A stretch of DNA of 57,901 nt, counting the filler, from Sphacelaria rigidula (lineage: Eukaryota), in the NCBI GenBank assembly GCA_964200075.2. It is 8 parts of 8 records of this genome, joined end to end, with 100 filler letters (N's around TTAATTAATTAA, not from the genome) between each part and the next. Parts side by side here need not be neighbours in the genome. Positions count along the whole stretch, not along the records: positions 1 to 7,151 come from CAXNAA020016239.1; positions 7,252 to 14,401 come from CAXNAA020016240.1; 6 more parts are not named here. One strand, given 5' to 3'. Below the pieces are notes generated by a model. It saw only the letters and a program-made list of their open reading frames with translations, had not been told where the DNA came from and searched no databases. This document shows, piece by piece, positions 1 to 12,400 of this stretch. The translations under genes were made by a program, and so were the position numbers. Within the stretch, counting starts at the first letter, position 1; every line of letters begins with the position of its first letter.

Positions 1-220
1 CTTTGAGCGTGCTGCGAAGGAAATAAAAAATTACCGTCTGTTGGCGGTAAATTACCGAGGAGTACCCTGGAATTTATGCCGATGCAACGGATAGCCCACC
101 CTGGGGGTGTTCGTCTCTACAGATGGGCGAAGCCAAACTAAATTTCACAGTCCAGCAGTAGTACAATGCAGTACATTACAGAATTGTTTCCTCTCTACCT
201 CTCGCTGCGTTCCTTCTCCT

Positions 221-330
221 TGATTGATTGATTGATTGTCGCCCTTGAACCGACCCCCCCGGGGTCATGATCCAGCCATGGTCACACGATACACGTACCC
301 TAAAAAAACAAAACTAAGACACTCGCTGAA
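221..330 (-). mobile_element. Retroposon 3' end with (AATC)n tail; related copies at ~2645-2715 and ~51931-52045
   Basis: Shared CCAGCCrTGGTxxCrxGATAxACGTACCC motif preceded on the plus strand by (GATT)n, i.e. a microsatellite tail on the minus strand as in LINE/SINE 3' ends. Confidence 0.65.
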
Positions 331-2231
331 GAAAAAAAAAGGGAACAGGAGGAAGTCGAACGAAACGACACAGTACACCAAGACGTGAGAAAATCAAAAG
401 TTAACGAACGCAAACCACACAAATAAATACCCTTTGTCCATGTGTATCACCGAGGATCACATTACAGCAATGCTGAGGAGAGCGTGACCTCTTCCACACC
501 CCTAAAAGTGAACCTCCGACCGCAAGGGTAAGTCATCTGGATCTTGCACTCAGTATTCAGTCAAACTTGTGCCAATACAACGTATGACCATTCTGGGGGT
601 GATACTTGCTCTCATGTTTTTTTCGACACAAAAAAAAGCTGAAGCTTTGTCGATTCCGGACACAGATGCTGTACAAACGGTACGACGCACATGGCGGTAC
701 CGATAGACTCAACACTACCAAAAGAACAGAACCCCAAAACACAGCCACCATGATGTTGGCTATTCCAGTACACGCCACATTCTCTACCGTGGCTTCGCTG
801 TGAGGCTGGGTACACAAGCGGCAGCACTTCACTCTTCACAAATTTGTCGGGCTGCATTCCCTTCTGTGCATACATGGAGACACGCACGCAACGAAACAAT
901 TTTACATAGACCCAGATCTCCCATCCAACGTATGCCCTCCAGCCCTCCGTCCCTGTTTTTCGTTTTCTTCTGTTGAGGACGGCGGGTTGGTCGGGAGCTG
1001 ACTTTAGCCCGCCAGTTTTCCTCGGCGACGTGGGCGATTCGAGCGTTGCTTTTGGAGTTGTGTGCTTCACATCCAAATCCAGCGGGACGCCTCCTCATTT
1101 TTAAGGGAACGTTCCGCACTCAGCGATATACACGGGAAAATGGCTTTTGTTGCAGGTTCTGTGGGTACGCTCTGAAAAGCACTCACGAGGAGATCGATCA
1201 GCCCGCTCGGTGTCAACGGTGTCGAGGTGTATGCAGCGTCTGAATACGGACGGCGTCGTCTGGATGCACGATTTCCCCTTGAAAAGGATGAATAATAAAA
1301 TCAAGTGCATTCATGTGGATAAAAGGAAACCAAGGCGGGTTGTGTACGGTCGGGAAAATGTCGTCGAACAGCCCGGACACTTTTCGGAGGCCGACACCCC
1401 CCCGATTAGCACCCCTAGCAGTGCCCTTGCTTTCCACTGCATGCACGAACAGTACAGACAATACACGTTGGTTCTAGTGTCACTCAGTGCTATACAACAA
1501 CAGTGCGCTGCTCTCGACAGGGGGTAGGTAGGTGGCAAAGATTGTGCAGAAAGCAAGGAGCACTTTTTTTTAATGTGTCTTCGGTTTATGGTCAAATGGT
1601 GAGACACAACTCCAATCCCGGGTGGATCATATTGGGCCAGTTGTAGGCGAACCTCGTGAATCATTCCATCAATCAAAATTATCAACACCCACGGTCACTC
1701 TACACCACATCCCTCTTCAGGCCTGTTGCTCCGCCCAGAAATTTTCTCGCAACACGCATGGTTGATCTGGGAAGCATTCGCCAAATCATCAAGAGACTCG
1801 CCCGCCCCCCCGTCAACAACATTGAAACCTCTGGGTCGCCAGCCGGTGAAACTATTCTAAAACGATGCTGGACGTCAAAAGTCGGACATCTCCCCCCACC
1901 CACCCCCATTGTGAGCCTGGCCCGGCAAACACCCGGCATGCTCCGTCTCGGCTTTCTGAGTGCACCCCCCCTCCCGATGCTCCGTCTCGAAAGGGATGCG
2001 TTGTCAATGGTCAAACTATCAAGGTAAGCAATAAATAACTTCTCCCGCTCCGTCTCGAAAGGGATGCGTGGCCAATGGTCAAATGACTAAGGCAAGCAAC
2101 AAATGAGTACGCCCCACGCCCCCCCCCCCCCACACCCGCGCGGCGCTCCCCTTTCTCAAAGGCCCAGGGTAACCAAATAATGGGTAGCCCCCCCCCCCCC
2201 CTCCTCCCGCTCCCCCGCCAGTCAAACGCAC

Positions 2232-5200
2232 CTCCAGGTTTTGTCTTCCCTTCACACCAGCAACAGCTTCACCCCCAAACAGCGCCGCCAGGGCTTCATC
2301 CAAAGACGTAACGGCTGCCCCCACCCCTGGAGACCCCCACGCTCCCGCACCAGTGCCCTCCCGTCCTGCGCCGGCCGCTGGACCCCAGGAGCCGCCGCCG
2401 CCGCCGCCGCCGCCGCTTCCCCAGGCGCCCGCGACACCTCCCGCCCCTCTCGTACCCCCGTTAGCGTTGTTGTTGTTGTTGTTGTGGTTGTTGCTGTTGC
2501 TGGCGTTCGGATATAACTCATCGTCGTTGTTGTTGCTGGACGCTCCGCCGTTTTGTGACGTGGGTGGGTCCAAGTCCAGCTGTTCGGGCGCGACAAGGAC
2601 CGAGGGATCGAGATAGATGAGACAAGTGGATGAGACAAGAAACAGATGATTGTCGCACTTTAACTGACCCCCCAGGGGTCCAGCCGTGGTCTCGTGATAG
2701 ACGTACCCAACAAAAACGAAACTGAAACATGCTCCGAGAAAAAGAAGGAACAGAGAAAGAAAGAAAAAACAGGGTCGAACAGAAAGATATATCAGACTAA
2801 TTCGTAACAAAAGATCAAAGGTAATAAAAAAGTCAACAAGCAAAGCACAGAAAGGAATGGCCGACCTGAACTATGAACACGTATCGAGTGAATCATTGCG
2901 GTACAGCGAGGTGTCAAGAGTAGTGCTACCCGCCCGGATGTGGAATGTTTTCCAACAGTAGTAAGTCACCCTACGTTATGGCACATGACTGCTTTACATG
3001 TAAGCTGCATAATTCTGCACGCAAACAACACGATTGATTATTAATAGTGTGATTAAATCGATCAGTTAAGGTATACGACGGTAGACAAGAATCTAATATT
3101 TCTTGCATTACCTGCAGACAGTGAAAGGGCTCCAGGGTAACAGAAGTCTTGGAGCTCCCGCCCTTCCTCACCTCAGACCGGAACATTCCGTAGAACAGTC
3201 CGGTAACCTGTATGGAACACAACGACGAGAACATCCGGTCGTATGAGCAAAAATGAGCCGCTGGTACACAAATAGCAAACATGAACCATATACTATCTAG
3301 TCCACGGCAAATCACGGAGAGAGTGCCACTCCTACAGTACCTCATGTTTAAAGTAGGGTCTTTGTAGTCAATATTGAGTGACTTACGGGTTGACCGGTCA
3401 TCGCGGCTCCTGCCCCTTTTCAGCCCCAGATTTCGACTGCTATCGGTCAATCGAGCCTGTCCCGATCGAACTTGTGAAGAACTGATTTATTTATTTTTTC
3501 GAAATTCTGCCTGTTTATCGCACTAGAGCCGAAGAACTGTGTTTCACGGTCAATAACACTCTCCTGATAAACGGGGTATCTACTCATATCGCTCGATAAC
3601 ACTAACTGACACTAACTTGGGCACTGTGTTTTGAGAACGAGGTGTTTATTTCACCAAAATCTACCGACGCTCGCACTTTCGAGTTCTATCGAAGAGTAGT
3701 ATGCGAGAAAAATCCCAAAACCCCAAGGTACCTTGAATGAGATGTACTATAAAGCTCGACCATTTTCTACAAAGGCCGCACACGGCCTCTTCCTCGGGAG
3801 AATGCATCATTTACCGATTGGTATAGCACCGCATGGGGGATAACCATCAGTTGGGTACAGTTCAACTATATGCTCGTGACACAAAATCTGGCTCGGCGAA
3901 AACTTGGAGAAAAATCGCCACCCCTCAAGTCAACCGTCGACCGACTGACCCTTTCCTGCTTTCAGGTTCATTATTCAAAATTTGAAATCAACGCCTCTGG
4001 GGTTGGTCAGGCTGTGCCTCTGGCACCGCTCATTTATAGCAGTATTTTCCACAAAGCAGCCTCTCTTCGTTGTCTTTGTTGTTGTCTGCACATTGGTACT
4101 CTTTACTAGGCATCTGATGCGGACGCCATCCGTGGAAATAGATCAACTACCCTAAAAAATGTATACATAAATCAAATGAAAAAATTTAATGTCGGAATAG
4201 GTGAGTCGTTGATAGCTTGAATGCTGATTGCCTGAAGTCTAGCATGGGCGTGAAGAGAAATAAATAATCTCACCCCAGAAAAACTCACACAGGCGCGACA
4301 CAAAATAAAATAAAAATACGAGTAACCTCATTAGTTCCGGTGCCGCAGGCGACTATTTAGACTATAATAGTGGAGGATGAGACCAACGTTCCCACTCGAC
4401 ACGCGGCGCCTAACAGAAATAGGTTCAAACTCACCAACCAAATATCACTAGCCGTAGCAAGAAGGATCGCATGGTTCTATCCTGTCACCTCCAGAGGGAC
4501 AGCCATATGTACGAATATACTGGGGATGACAAGAAAAGCACAAAATTACCACCCGCTGGACAAAATATTCAATTGTCGAAAAGTGTATTGCGTACAGTAT
4601 CGACTTTCGCCTCTATTGCAATAGACAGCAGATTACATACTTTACGCAGTGGACTTCTTCTGACATAATATTTTGTCCACGATATGAACATAACACACAA
4701 TGGAAGGCAGGAAAGTAGAAAGAAGAAAAAAAGACATGGGGGGATGGTGGGAATTCCTGCAGCCTTCGTCATGTTCAGTCCTGTAAATATCTGGCTACAC
4801 GTTCTATCCGAACGCTTTTTCTTCTTTCTTGTCTTTTCCGTTAAAGAAAGGGGCAATACACAAAAAAGGGTGCAGTTTTTCTGGTAGTGGTAGATGAGCC
4901 GCAAAATTTTCCTTTTCCACAGCCTTTCGTTTTCTACGACTGGGTATGAACATGGTTTTGCGCAATACTTTTCCCGCCGGAGCCTTGTGGCAGAGCCCTG
5001 CCACTTTCTTCGTTTTTGGGGTTTCGGCCTCTTTTCGTGGGGTGTAAAATTTACGAAAATTGCTATGGTTGTGACTGCGCGGCGTAACTTGTGCTGAGAC
5101 GACGGTACGGTCACCACGTCACAAAAAACGGTCAACAGTAGAACAAAAAGAGGATACAATATAACTTTTCAGCAGAGGGCAGGGTGTACTCTCCTGTTTC

Positions 5201-7051
5201 GCTTACAAAAAAGGGTACTCTCACAGGCTTTCATTTTCGACGCCGTAGTTTAGCCCAGTAGCACTTGTGAAAATGGAAAAAAATGGACGGCTATGCTGCC
5301 CAGACACCTAGGGCGTGGGGCTAAGGCGCTGGAACGTGTTCTCGAGCTGTTGGCCCGCGTGCAGCGCCGCGCCCCAAAGTAAAAAATGTGTTACCCTTTT
5401 CTGTATACTGCCCCCCCCCAAAAAATGATCACGGGCTGGGCCAGCCCAGAAACGGATTTAACCTGGCAGAGCAATATCTCATCACCGGGAACGAATTGGG
5501 CCGTGATCCGCATATCGTATTAATCGTCTAATCAAGGGGAAGGTGCCCATCTACTCATAAGTTTGGGCCCATATTTTCTAGTTGATTAAACCTCATGTCT
5601 AGTAATTCCTATACCTAAGGGAGTTAGCGCCAATAAAAAAATTTCCATGAAAATATCGATTTATGCATTTAGCCGATGGCGACAAAAATTGGTGTGGAGA
5701 ACCGCAAAAGTGTGCCGAATAAAAAAAAGGGGGCCTTCATTTTTGTTTTGTTTTCATAGAGGTTAGGGCGTTCTCGTGAAGAAATGGTCTTTACCATACT
5801 AACACGCCCTCAACCAGTGAAAAAATGCATGAAAAGATATCTGGTCCACCGAGTTTTGCTAATTATGCCCTGGCGAGGGCCCACACAAACTTTCAATACG
5901 CGAAAACCAACTGTGGGCCGGTGATTGGCCTGCGAAATACTGTTCCGAATTTCTACCGATCCAATTCTTGAAAGGCGAATGCGCCGGGCAATATTTAGAG
6001 TTGGACCCTGAAATTTGGTATGGACAATACACAGAGCATACGAAAGAATCCGGAAGAAGCACATGATTTTTTTTTCGTGAGTTAAGGGCAATAATCAGTT
6101 TTCAGGTTTCAGCGAAACGCCCTTATCTCACGAAAAGAAAAAAAAACTTCATGTGCTTTTTCCCGATTTTTTATTATGCTCCATGCATTATCCATACCAA
6201 ACTTCAGGGTCTAACTCCAAATATTGGCCGGCGCACCCGCCTGCAAGCTTTCATGCAGCCTCTAGGCTGGCCCAGCTCGTATGGTCGTGACTGTTCGGCG
6301 TATCTTCTGCGGAGCTGGCGGTATGGTTACCACTTCACAAAATAGGGTAATGAAAGGTATGCACTTGAGATTGAAAGAAGCCCACACGTGAACAAAAAAG
6401 AGTAGGATATGACTTTTTTCAGCAGAGAGCAAGCAGGGCGCATCCTCCTGGTTTGTTGACAAAAAAGGGTACTCTTACAGGCCGTGCTTGTCCGCGCCGT
6501 AGTTAAGCCCATCACCACGTGTGAAAATTTTAAAAAGTGGCCAGGCATGCTGCCCAGACACGTTTCGCGTGGGACTGCGGCGATGGAATGTATTTTCGAG
6601 GTGTTCAGTCTGCGTGCAGCTCCGCGCCCCAAACCGAAAAATGTCTCACCCTTTCCAGTTCCAAGAGCACCAGGGTGTTTGTACCCTTTTTGGTATATTG
6701 CTCAAAAAAAGGCACTACCCGAACCGCTCCGACGCCGTCCCCAACTGCTCACCCTGGTCAAGCCCCCCAGCGCGCAAACGAAGCCATCGAAAAATAGTTA
6801 GAAAAAAAATCGAGGGCGATTGCACGTACCACGGACGAGTCAGCGATCCTCTTTTGAGGGTCCGGCGCGTTGACGACAGCCTTGGTCCGTCCCTTGCCGA
6901 CCTCAAGCCAAGAGTCTTCGTTTCCGGCAGCGTTCACGCCGGTCTGCGGAGATGCCGCTTCACCGGCGCCGCCGAGAGACGTAGATCCCGATGACAATCC
7001 GGATTTTTTCTTGGCTTCTTCTTTTTTCACCTTCACTATTTCTTCGTGCAA
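2232..7051 (-). CDS. Ubiquitin carboxyl-terminal hydrolase, USP10/Ubp3-like (peptidase C19), internal fragment, 3 exons
   Basis: Exons 7051-6830, 3207-3112 and 2579-2232 all have AG/GT boundaries in phase 0. They splice to LHEEIVKV...SWLEVGKGRTKAVV...SSV|VTGLFYGMFRSEVRKGGSSKTSVTLEPFHCLQ|LDLD...VTSLDEALAALFGGEAVAG...NLE. This follows the USP10/Ubp3 motif order (LHEE, WxEVG, ITGIFGGxLRS, SATxQPFxxLQLDI, VxxVxDAL). The Cys-box and His-box exons were not found in this contig. Confidence 0.82.
5063..6654 (+). repeat. Diverged direct repeat pair (~5063-5399 and ~6280-6654)
   Basis: Colinear shared blocks TATGGTyGTGACTG, TTTTCAGCAGAG, CAAAAAAGGGTACTCT, ATGCTGCCCAGACAC, CGTGCAGCnCCGCGCCCCAAA, AAAAATGT..ACCCTTT. 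Confidence 0.8.
5967..6247. repeat. ~280-bp imperfect inverted repeat in the USP intron
   Basis: AATATTTAGAGTTGGACCCTGAAATTTGGTATGGA is mirrored by TCCATACCAAACTTCAGGGTCTAACTCCAAATATT. Pairing extends to a ~28-nt loop near 6090-6118. Confidence 0.8.
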
Positions 7052-7151
7052 CTGCGATTGATTGTTGGGTGGGTGGGGGGGGGGGGGGGGGGGCGTCCTC
7101 TTTTTGTTTGTGTTTTTGCGTGTGGACCAAAGAGGGGAGACCGCCCCTTCT

Positions 7152-7251
7152 NNNNNNNNNNNNNNNNNNNNNNNNNNNNNNNNNNNNNNNNNNNNTTAAT
7201 TAATTAANNNNNNNNNNNNNNNNNNNNNNNNNNNNNNNNNNNNNNNNNNNN
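7152..7251. other. Artificial 100-nt contig linker (also 14402, 21652, 28902, 36152, 43402, 50652)
   Basis: N-run, TTAATTAATTAA (stops in all six frames), N-run, repeated with an exact 7250-bp period. Confidence 0.99.
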
Positions 7252-9413
7252 CCTCCCCTCTCCTCCTCCTCCTCCTAAGGCGATTCTGCCCACCCATCCC
7301 ACTGCACGCCAACCTTACGATTTACTGCTCCACAGAGGTGGGCGGGCAGTTCAGACAGAAACGGCATTGAGATTCATCACCTCTCGCGTCTAAAACGGAA
7401 CTACGCGAATGATTGCATCTTCGATAAACAACCAAAAGAAACAATACTGAGGGACAAATACAACAAGGACAAAACAAAAAGTCGACAGGTGTGCGCGTGC
7501 CGCACTGAGGCATCACCGCCACCAACTCCACCAACGCGTATTCGACAAAACGGAAAAAACCATAGGGGAAGGGAAAAAAACCCGACAATCTGGGAAACAC
7601 AAAAAAATATAAACTGAATGAATCATCGACAGCATGTGGTTGGTTGGTGTTTAAGTTCCGAAAACAACGGCAAAGAGTGGGACCCCAACTTTCCGTTCCT
7701 TGGAATTCTTCCAGAGGGGCGGGGCGCGGGGCGGACGTCATCAATATCTAAACAAACTTTTACAATTTCGGTTCTAGCTACCGTCGTACGTCGAAAAACA
7801 CACCGAGCAAATGTGACGCCGGCTACGGTTTCGAGTTTTCCACACAGCTAGTCCTACCGCGTGGGTTGGGTGACTAACTCACGACGAAAACAAAAGCAAA
7901 AAAAATGCAAGTGGTCCAGAAAAAGCCAACTTGCTTCGACTTTCGAGCGTACTTGCTCACCGGGCGGAGGCATTAAATCTGACAAAAACGAAATGACAGG
8001 TAAGGAAAACACTAAGTTCGGGGCACATCGGAACAGTCATGAGAACCGAAAACTATCGTGAAGTGGATGCCTTCTCAAGAACATGACTTTAACCTAGTGA
8101 GTAGTACTCCCGCTCCAAAAATACAAGCAGAAACACAACGACGGCCGAGCGACCGAGCGGAACGAGAGAACCATCGACTGCACCCAGGAACATACTAAAA
8201 CACACACGCACACACACAGGAGAAAGGTCATTATCCATGCAAGCAAGAAACAGTACCGGACATGATGACTCTTACACACCAAGGACACAGGAGCGGTGCC
8301 GTCATTCGTCATAATCGAACGCAGTCCACACAAAGCAGGCACCATAGGCGATCGTCTTTCACCCGCCCTGCAGATGTAAAAGGCTTACTTTTATGGAAGG
8401 GGGGGGGGGAGGACCCCGACAAAAAGCTCACGACGTTACTAACCCCTCCTCATCACCCACCCAAACCGACCAATAAGGGGATCACAGTATCTTACAAGGG
8501 ATGAGGTGAGAGACAAAATCAACCTATGATGAAACCGTGCACACAATCCCTCCCCTACCCCAACATTATCCCATTCCAGAACCAGTCGCTTCGACTGTCC
8601 AACGCAACGCCCGCCGCCCTTGCCCCGCCAGGACGAGACCCGCCACGTAATATTTCAAAACATCCAGATATTTCATACCCCCAACATTCCGGATAGCCAC
8701 GGTAAGTTATGCGTCAATTATTACTCAAATGGCAACAGCCCCGCCCCGCCTTTCTTCATAAGAAAAAATGTCTCCATTTCTCCCTCATCTACCCTTCACT
8801 GACAAGGGTAAAATCACAACATACTCTGGGCTGAGATCCTGGTTTTACCATACCCGTGGCCTCCAAGCCCCCACGCATCACGGAGCGAGGCGCAACACAA
8901 GAAGGCGCCAAAACAAACAGCGTCAGCCCCTGGCGCTCCATGCCATGAGGGCGTACATGAAAAATAAAAAATGCAATCCATGGTTCTCTGGATTACTATT
9001 GCCTTCCGTTCGAATCAGATGAACGTGTAAATGTAAATATTGTATTCTCGTCACAACGAATATTGTTGCCCCTTTCCCCCTCCCCTAAATCCCAAGAAGT
9101 CCACCTGAAAACAAAAAGTAGTATAAATTGTCCATTCGCAGTGAGCTAGATCAGATCGCAAAACACATCAAATTAGACCAGGTAAGAGTACTCACATCTA
9201 ACAACATCACCACAGTACGTTCGATTTCAACACGACCGCACCCCTGGAAGTCAAGCGCAAAAAGACACGACAGGCTAGCGACCACCAAAATGCACATCAG
9301 TGACTTGAGTCGGGCGGCGTCACCGCACTTCACATCACGTTTTGCACCTGCCGGATCCGGTTACAGCTACCACTCCACCGATGTCACCTCTATCGCAAAG
9401 GCGACCAAATGCC

Positions 9414-12400
9414 TCATAGAGGAAAATCTGGAGTCCACACGCCATTCTCCCGATCAAAACTGATGGAAGACCCCGCCGACAGTGGTTGCTGCGCGACGCG
9501 GCTCTGTAGAACCTGTGAGCCACCCCCGCTCCACGCCGTAGAGCCGCCGACGTTTCCCTTCATTCCAAAAGAGTCCCGTGCCCGCCGGACACTTGTGGAC
9601 GCTGCCGCTGCCGCCGCAGCTAAAGCCGTGTTCCCCTCCAAAAACGAAGTGCTCCCTGGTCCAACGCCACTGCTCACGCGTGCCTGACCGCTACCCGTGT
9701 TACCCCAACCACCGTCTGCGTCGCCGCCGTCATGAAGGGACCCATCGCCGGCGGCATCAACGGAGCTCGGGAAGTACCCATCGGATGGAGAGCTGCTCCT
9801 CGGCGAAGAGGAGACCCCGGACACGATGGACGGATTGTGCTGTCCGACTGTCGACCACATCGGTGACGAACCAACGGTGGCGCCGTTACCGCCGCCGGTT
9901 CTTCCCCCGCCAAAGCCGCCGTCTGTCGTCGCCTCGAGGGGCATGGCCATGCTGGAACGGAAAGTGTTCATGTTACCATTTACGCCGACTCTGACCCCGA
10001 GAGCTTCGAGGGCAGAAGTTGCGTTCGGCGAGCCCCTGCGAGCCATTGCTGGGACACTGACACTGCCAACACCACCTCCTCCTCCTCCCTGCGTAGACGA
10101 AGGTACCGAGAAAGCACTCATCACAGGTGATACCGGCATCCCGCGCTGCTGCTGCTGATGCTGCTGGGACGGTAGCTCCAGTCTGCCCTGCTGATGAACA
10201 TGGGAAGGCAAGGGAGGCAGGCGCTTCATCATCTGCTGGCGAACTGCAAGCTGCTCGGTCGACGGCGGAGGTGACGGTGGAGCAGCCAAAGCGTCGAGTT
10301 GACCAACCCATCCCAGGCCACTCCCTCCACCGCTGCGCGAAGTGTCTGCCACCACTCCCGAGGACGAGCGCGAGCTAGCCACCAGTCCGCCGCCGCCATG
10401 ACCACCCACGCTGATCCCCATGTCGCTCGTGACGCCGTCGGCAGAGGCCGCACCAATGCCGCCCGCCGCGCTGTCCATTTTACCGTGCCGAGAGGGCAGA
10501 GCCATATTAGCGTTGAACTCTTCCCATCCAGCGAGGTCGCCGCCCCCACTTCTGCCGCCGCCGCCAACGGTTGCATGCTGCAGCGATGCTAGCGGGCCCG
10601 AGCCACGTTCATAAGGGTTCCCGCTTCCGTCGGATGATAGGCCCCCAGCTTGGTTCCACCTTGCCAACTGCTCGTGCTGATCAAAATCCACTCCTCCGGC
10701 CGGGCGCATCATAAGCGGGTCATCGTCATCTTCAGCGGTCGCAGCAGGTCCCGAAGTAAGTGAAAGAGAGCGTCCAGCGAACGATGAAGTGGTGGGCGCC
10801 CGTAGTCCGCGCATGACTCCCTGGTAACCCCAATCTTGCTGTTGCTGTTGTTGCTGCTGCTGGTGGTGGTTTTGCTCAACATGTTGCGACCGCTGGTGAT
10901 GGCGTGAAGTGTAGTTATTTCCCGCCAGGCAGCCAGACCCGCCGCCGACACGAGCACCGCCAACTACCCCCTCCCCCTCCCGTTCCGTGCCAGAGTGGGC
11001 GGCTCCGCCGCCGGGCGCATCCAGACCGCCGCCGACGGGAATGGCTTGCGCAGCGTTTGTGTCGGCGATATATGAAGATGAGGCGATCCCGGAGACACCA
11101 AGAGAGGTCGGGAACGGATGAGAGAGAGATGAGGCATTCGTGCTCATAAGGGGCCACACACCTGGAGGAAGTTGGTGAGGGTCCGCCGACCTATTTAGCT
11201 CATGGTTGCCGCGCATGGGCGGAAGACGGAAACCATCGGGAGCATCGCCGCCGGTGCCTTCACCTTCACTACCCGCAACGATACTGTTGTGGCTGTTGCG
11301 GAGATCCGTGCGGCAGCCCACCATGGACATGCTGAGGCTCGTGCTATCATCGGCGCGCTGTCCTGCTCCGACGTCTCCCAGCAGTTGCTCTCGAGAGGGG
11401 AGGGGAGACGACTGCACGTCAGACGGTAGCAAGCAAGAAGAGGAGGCAGGGTTGCAAGTTGTGAGACGGAACAAGCAGCGCTCTGCTACGGTAATTGGAC
11501 GCCGGAGATGATATCACTGTCGTATACGCTCACCTATCCTCATTTTTTTCGAGGTCAAAATAACTCACCACTTTGTAACGCTTGGAAGTACTACCGTCAC
11601 CAGCATCGCCAGCAGCCTGTGGTGAGGTGGCCCAGTACTGACCCGAACGGCGTCCACCCGCCACCGGCGGGTCCCTCGTCCCGCCGCGGCGCGACTTACC
11701 CACGGCCAGCGTCTGCGACGAGTTCGGCAGCAGCCCGAATGGGCTACAAGCCCGCCCGTGCCCACCACCTCCATCTCTGTCATCATGCGCATTCCCATCT
11801 CCGGAAATGGCATCAAGTCCACCACCCGGTGGCGGCGCCGCCGGCATGGCCAATGGTAATGGCGGGGAATGCCAAGGCAGCACTGGCAAGCACAGCGGTG
11901 CATCGCCGCTCTCGCTTCCGGTGTGCGACGGGATCATTGCCAAGCCGGAGCTGTCGCCACCGCCAGCTTGGGCCGCGCGAACACCACCAACACCGGCAGT
12001 GCCGGCAGGGGCAGGCAAGCCAGGTCTAGATCTGGACTCACCGGGGCCCAAAGAAGCCGCTGCCTCTGCCGCCGCCGGCGACGCAGCAACACGGCCTCTA
12101 CCACCGCGGGTAGCTCCTTTTCCTCTACCCCTTCCTCCTCTCGTGCTACGAACGGTGCTACGACCACGCCCGCTGCCCGCCGATGCCGATGTTGCCACGA
12201 CTCTTCCTCTGCAAGACTTGATTTCTACGGCGACGTCAGCTGCACCGCTGGAGATTCTGCTGGTGCCGCCGATCGCCGCCGCCGGTGATGTTAGCTCCAT
12301 CCTCCCCCGGGAGAACGTCGGAGCAGCAGCGCCGGCGCGGGGCATCGACACGGACGACGCGATAACGGCAACACTCGCTGCCTCGGCGTCAACGACTGAG

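Noticed and set aside
612..1310. Further USP exons in ORFs 612-1076 and 1101-1310
   Set aside because: No convincing LPxVLxLHLKRF or His-box motif, so a call cannot be supported.
7196..7207. Recurring TTAATTAATTAA palindrome as a biological motif
   Set aside because: Synthetic all-frame stop linker flanked by Ns.
11412..11568. ORF-track start at 11474 and stop at 11530 as gene ends
   Set aside because: Better explained by a 157-nt GT-AG intron with a pyrimidine tract and CTGAC branch site joining the two ORFs in frame.
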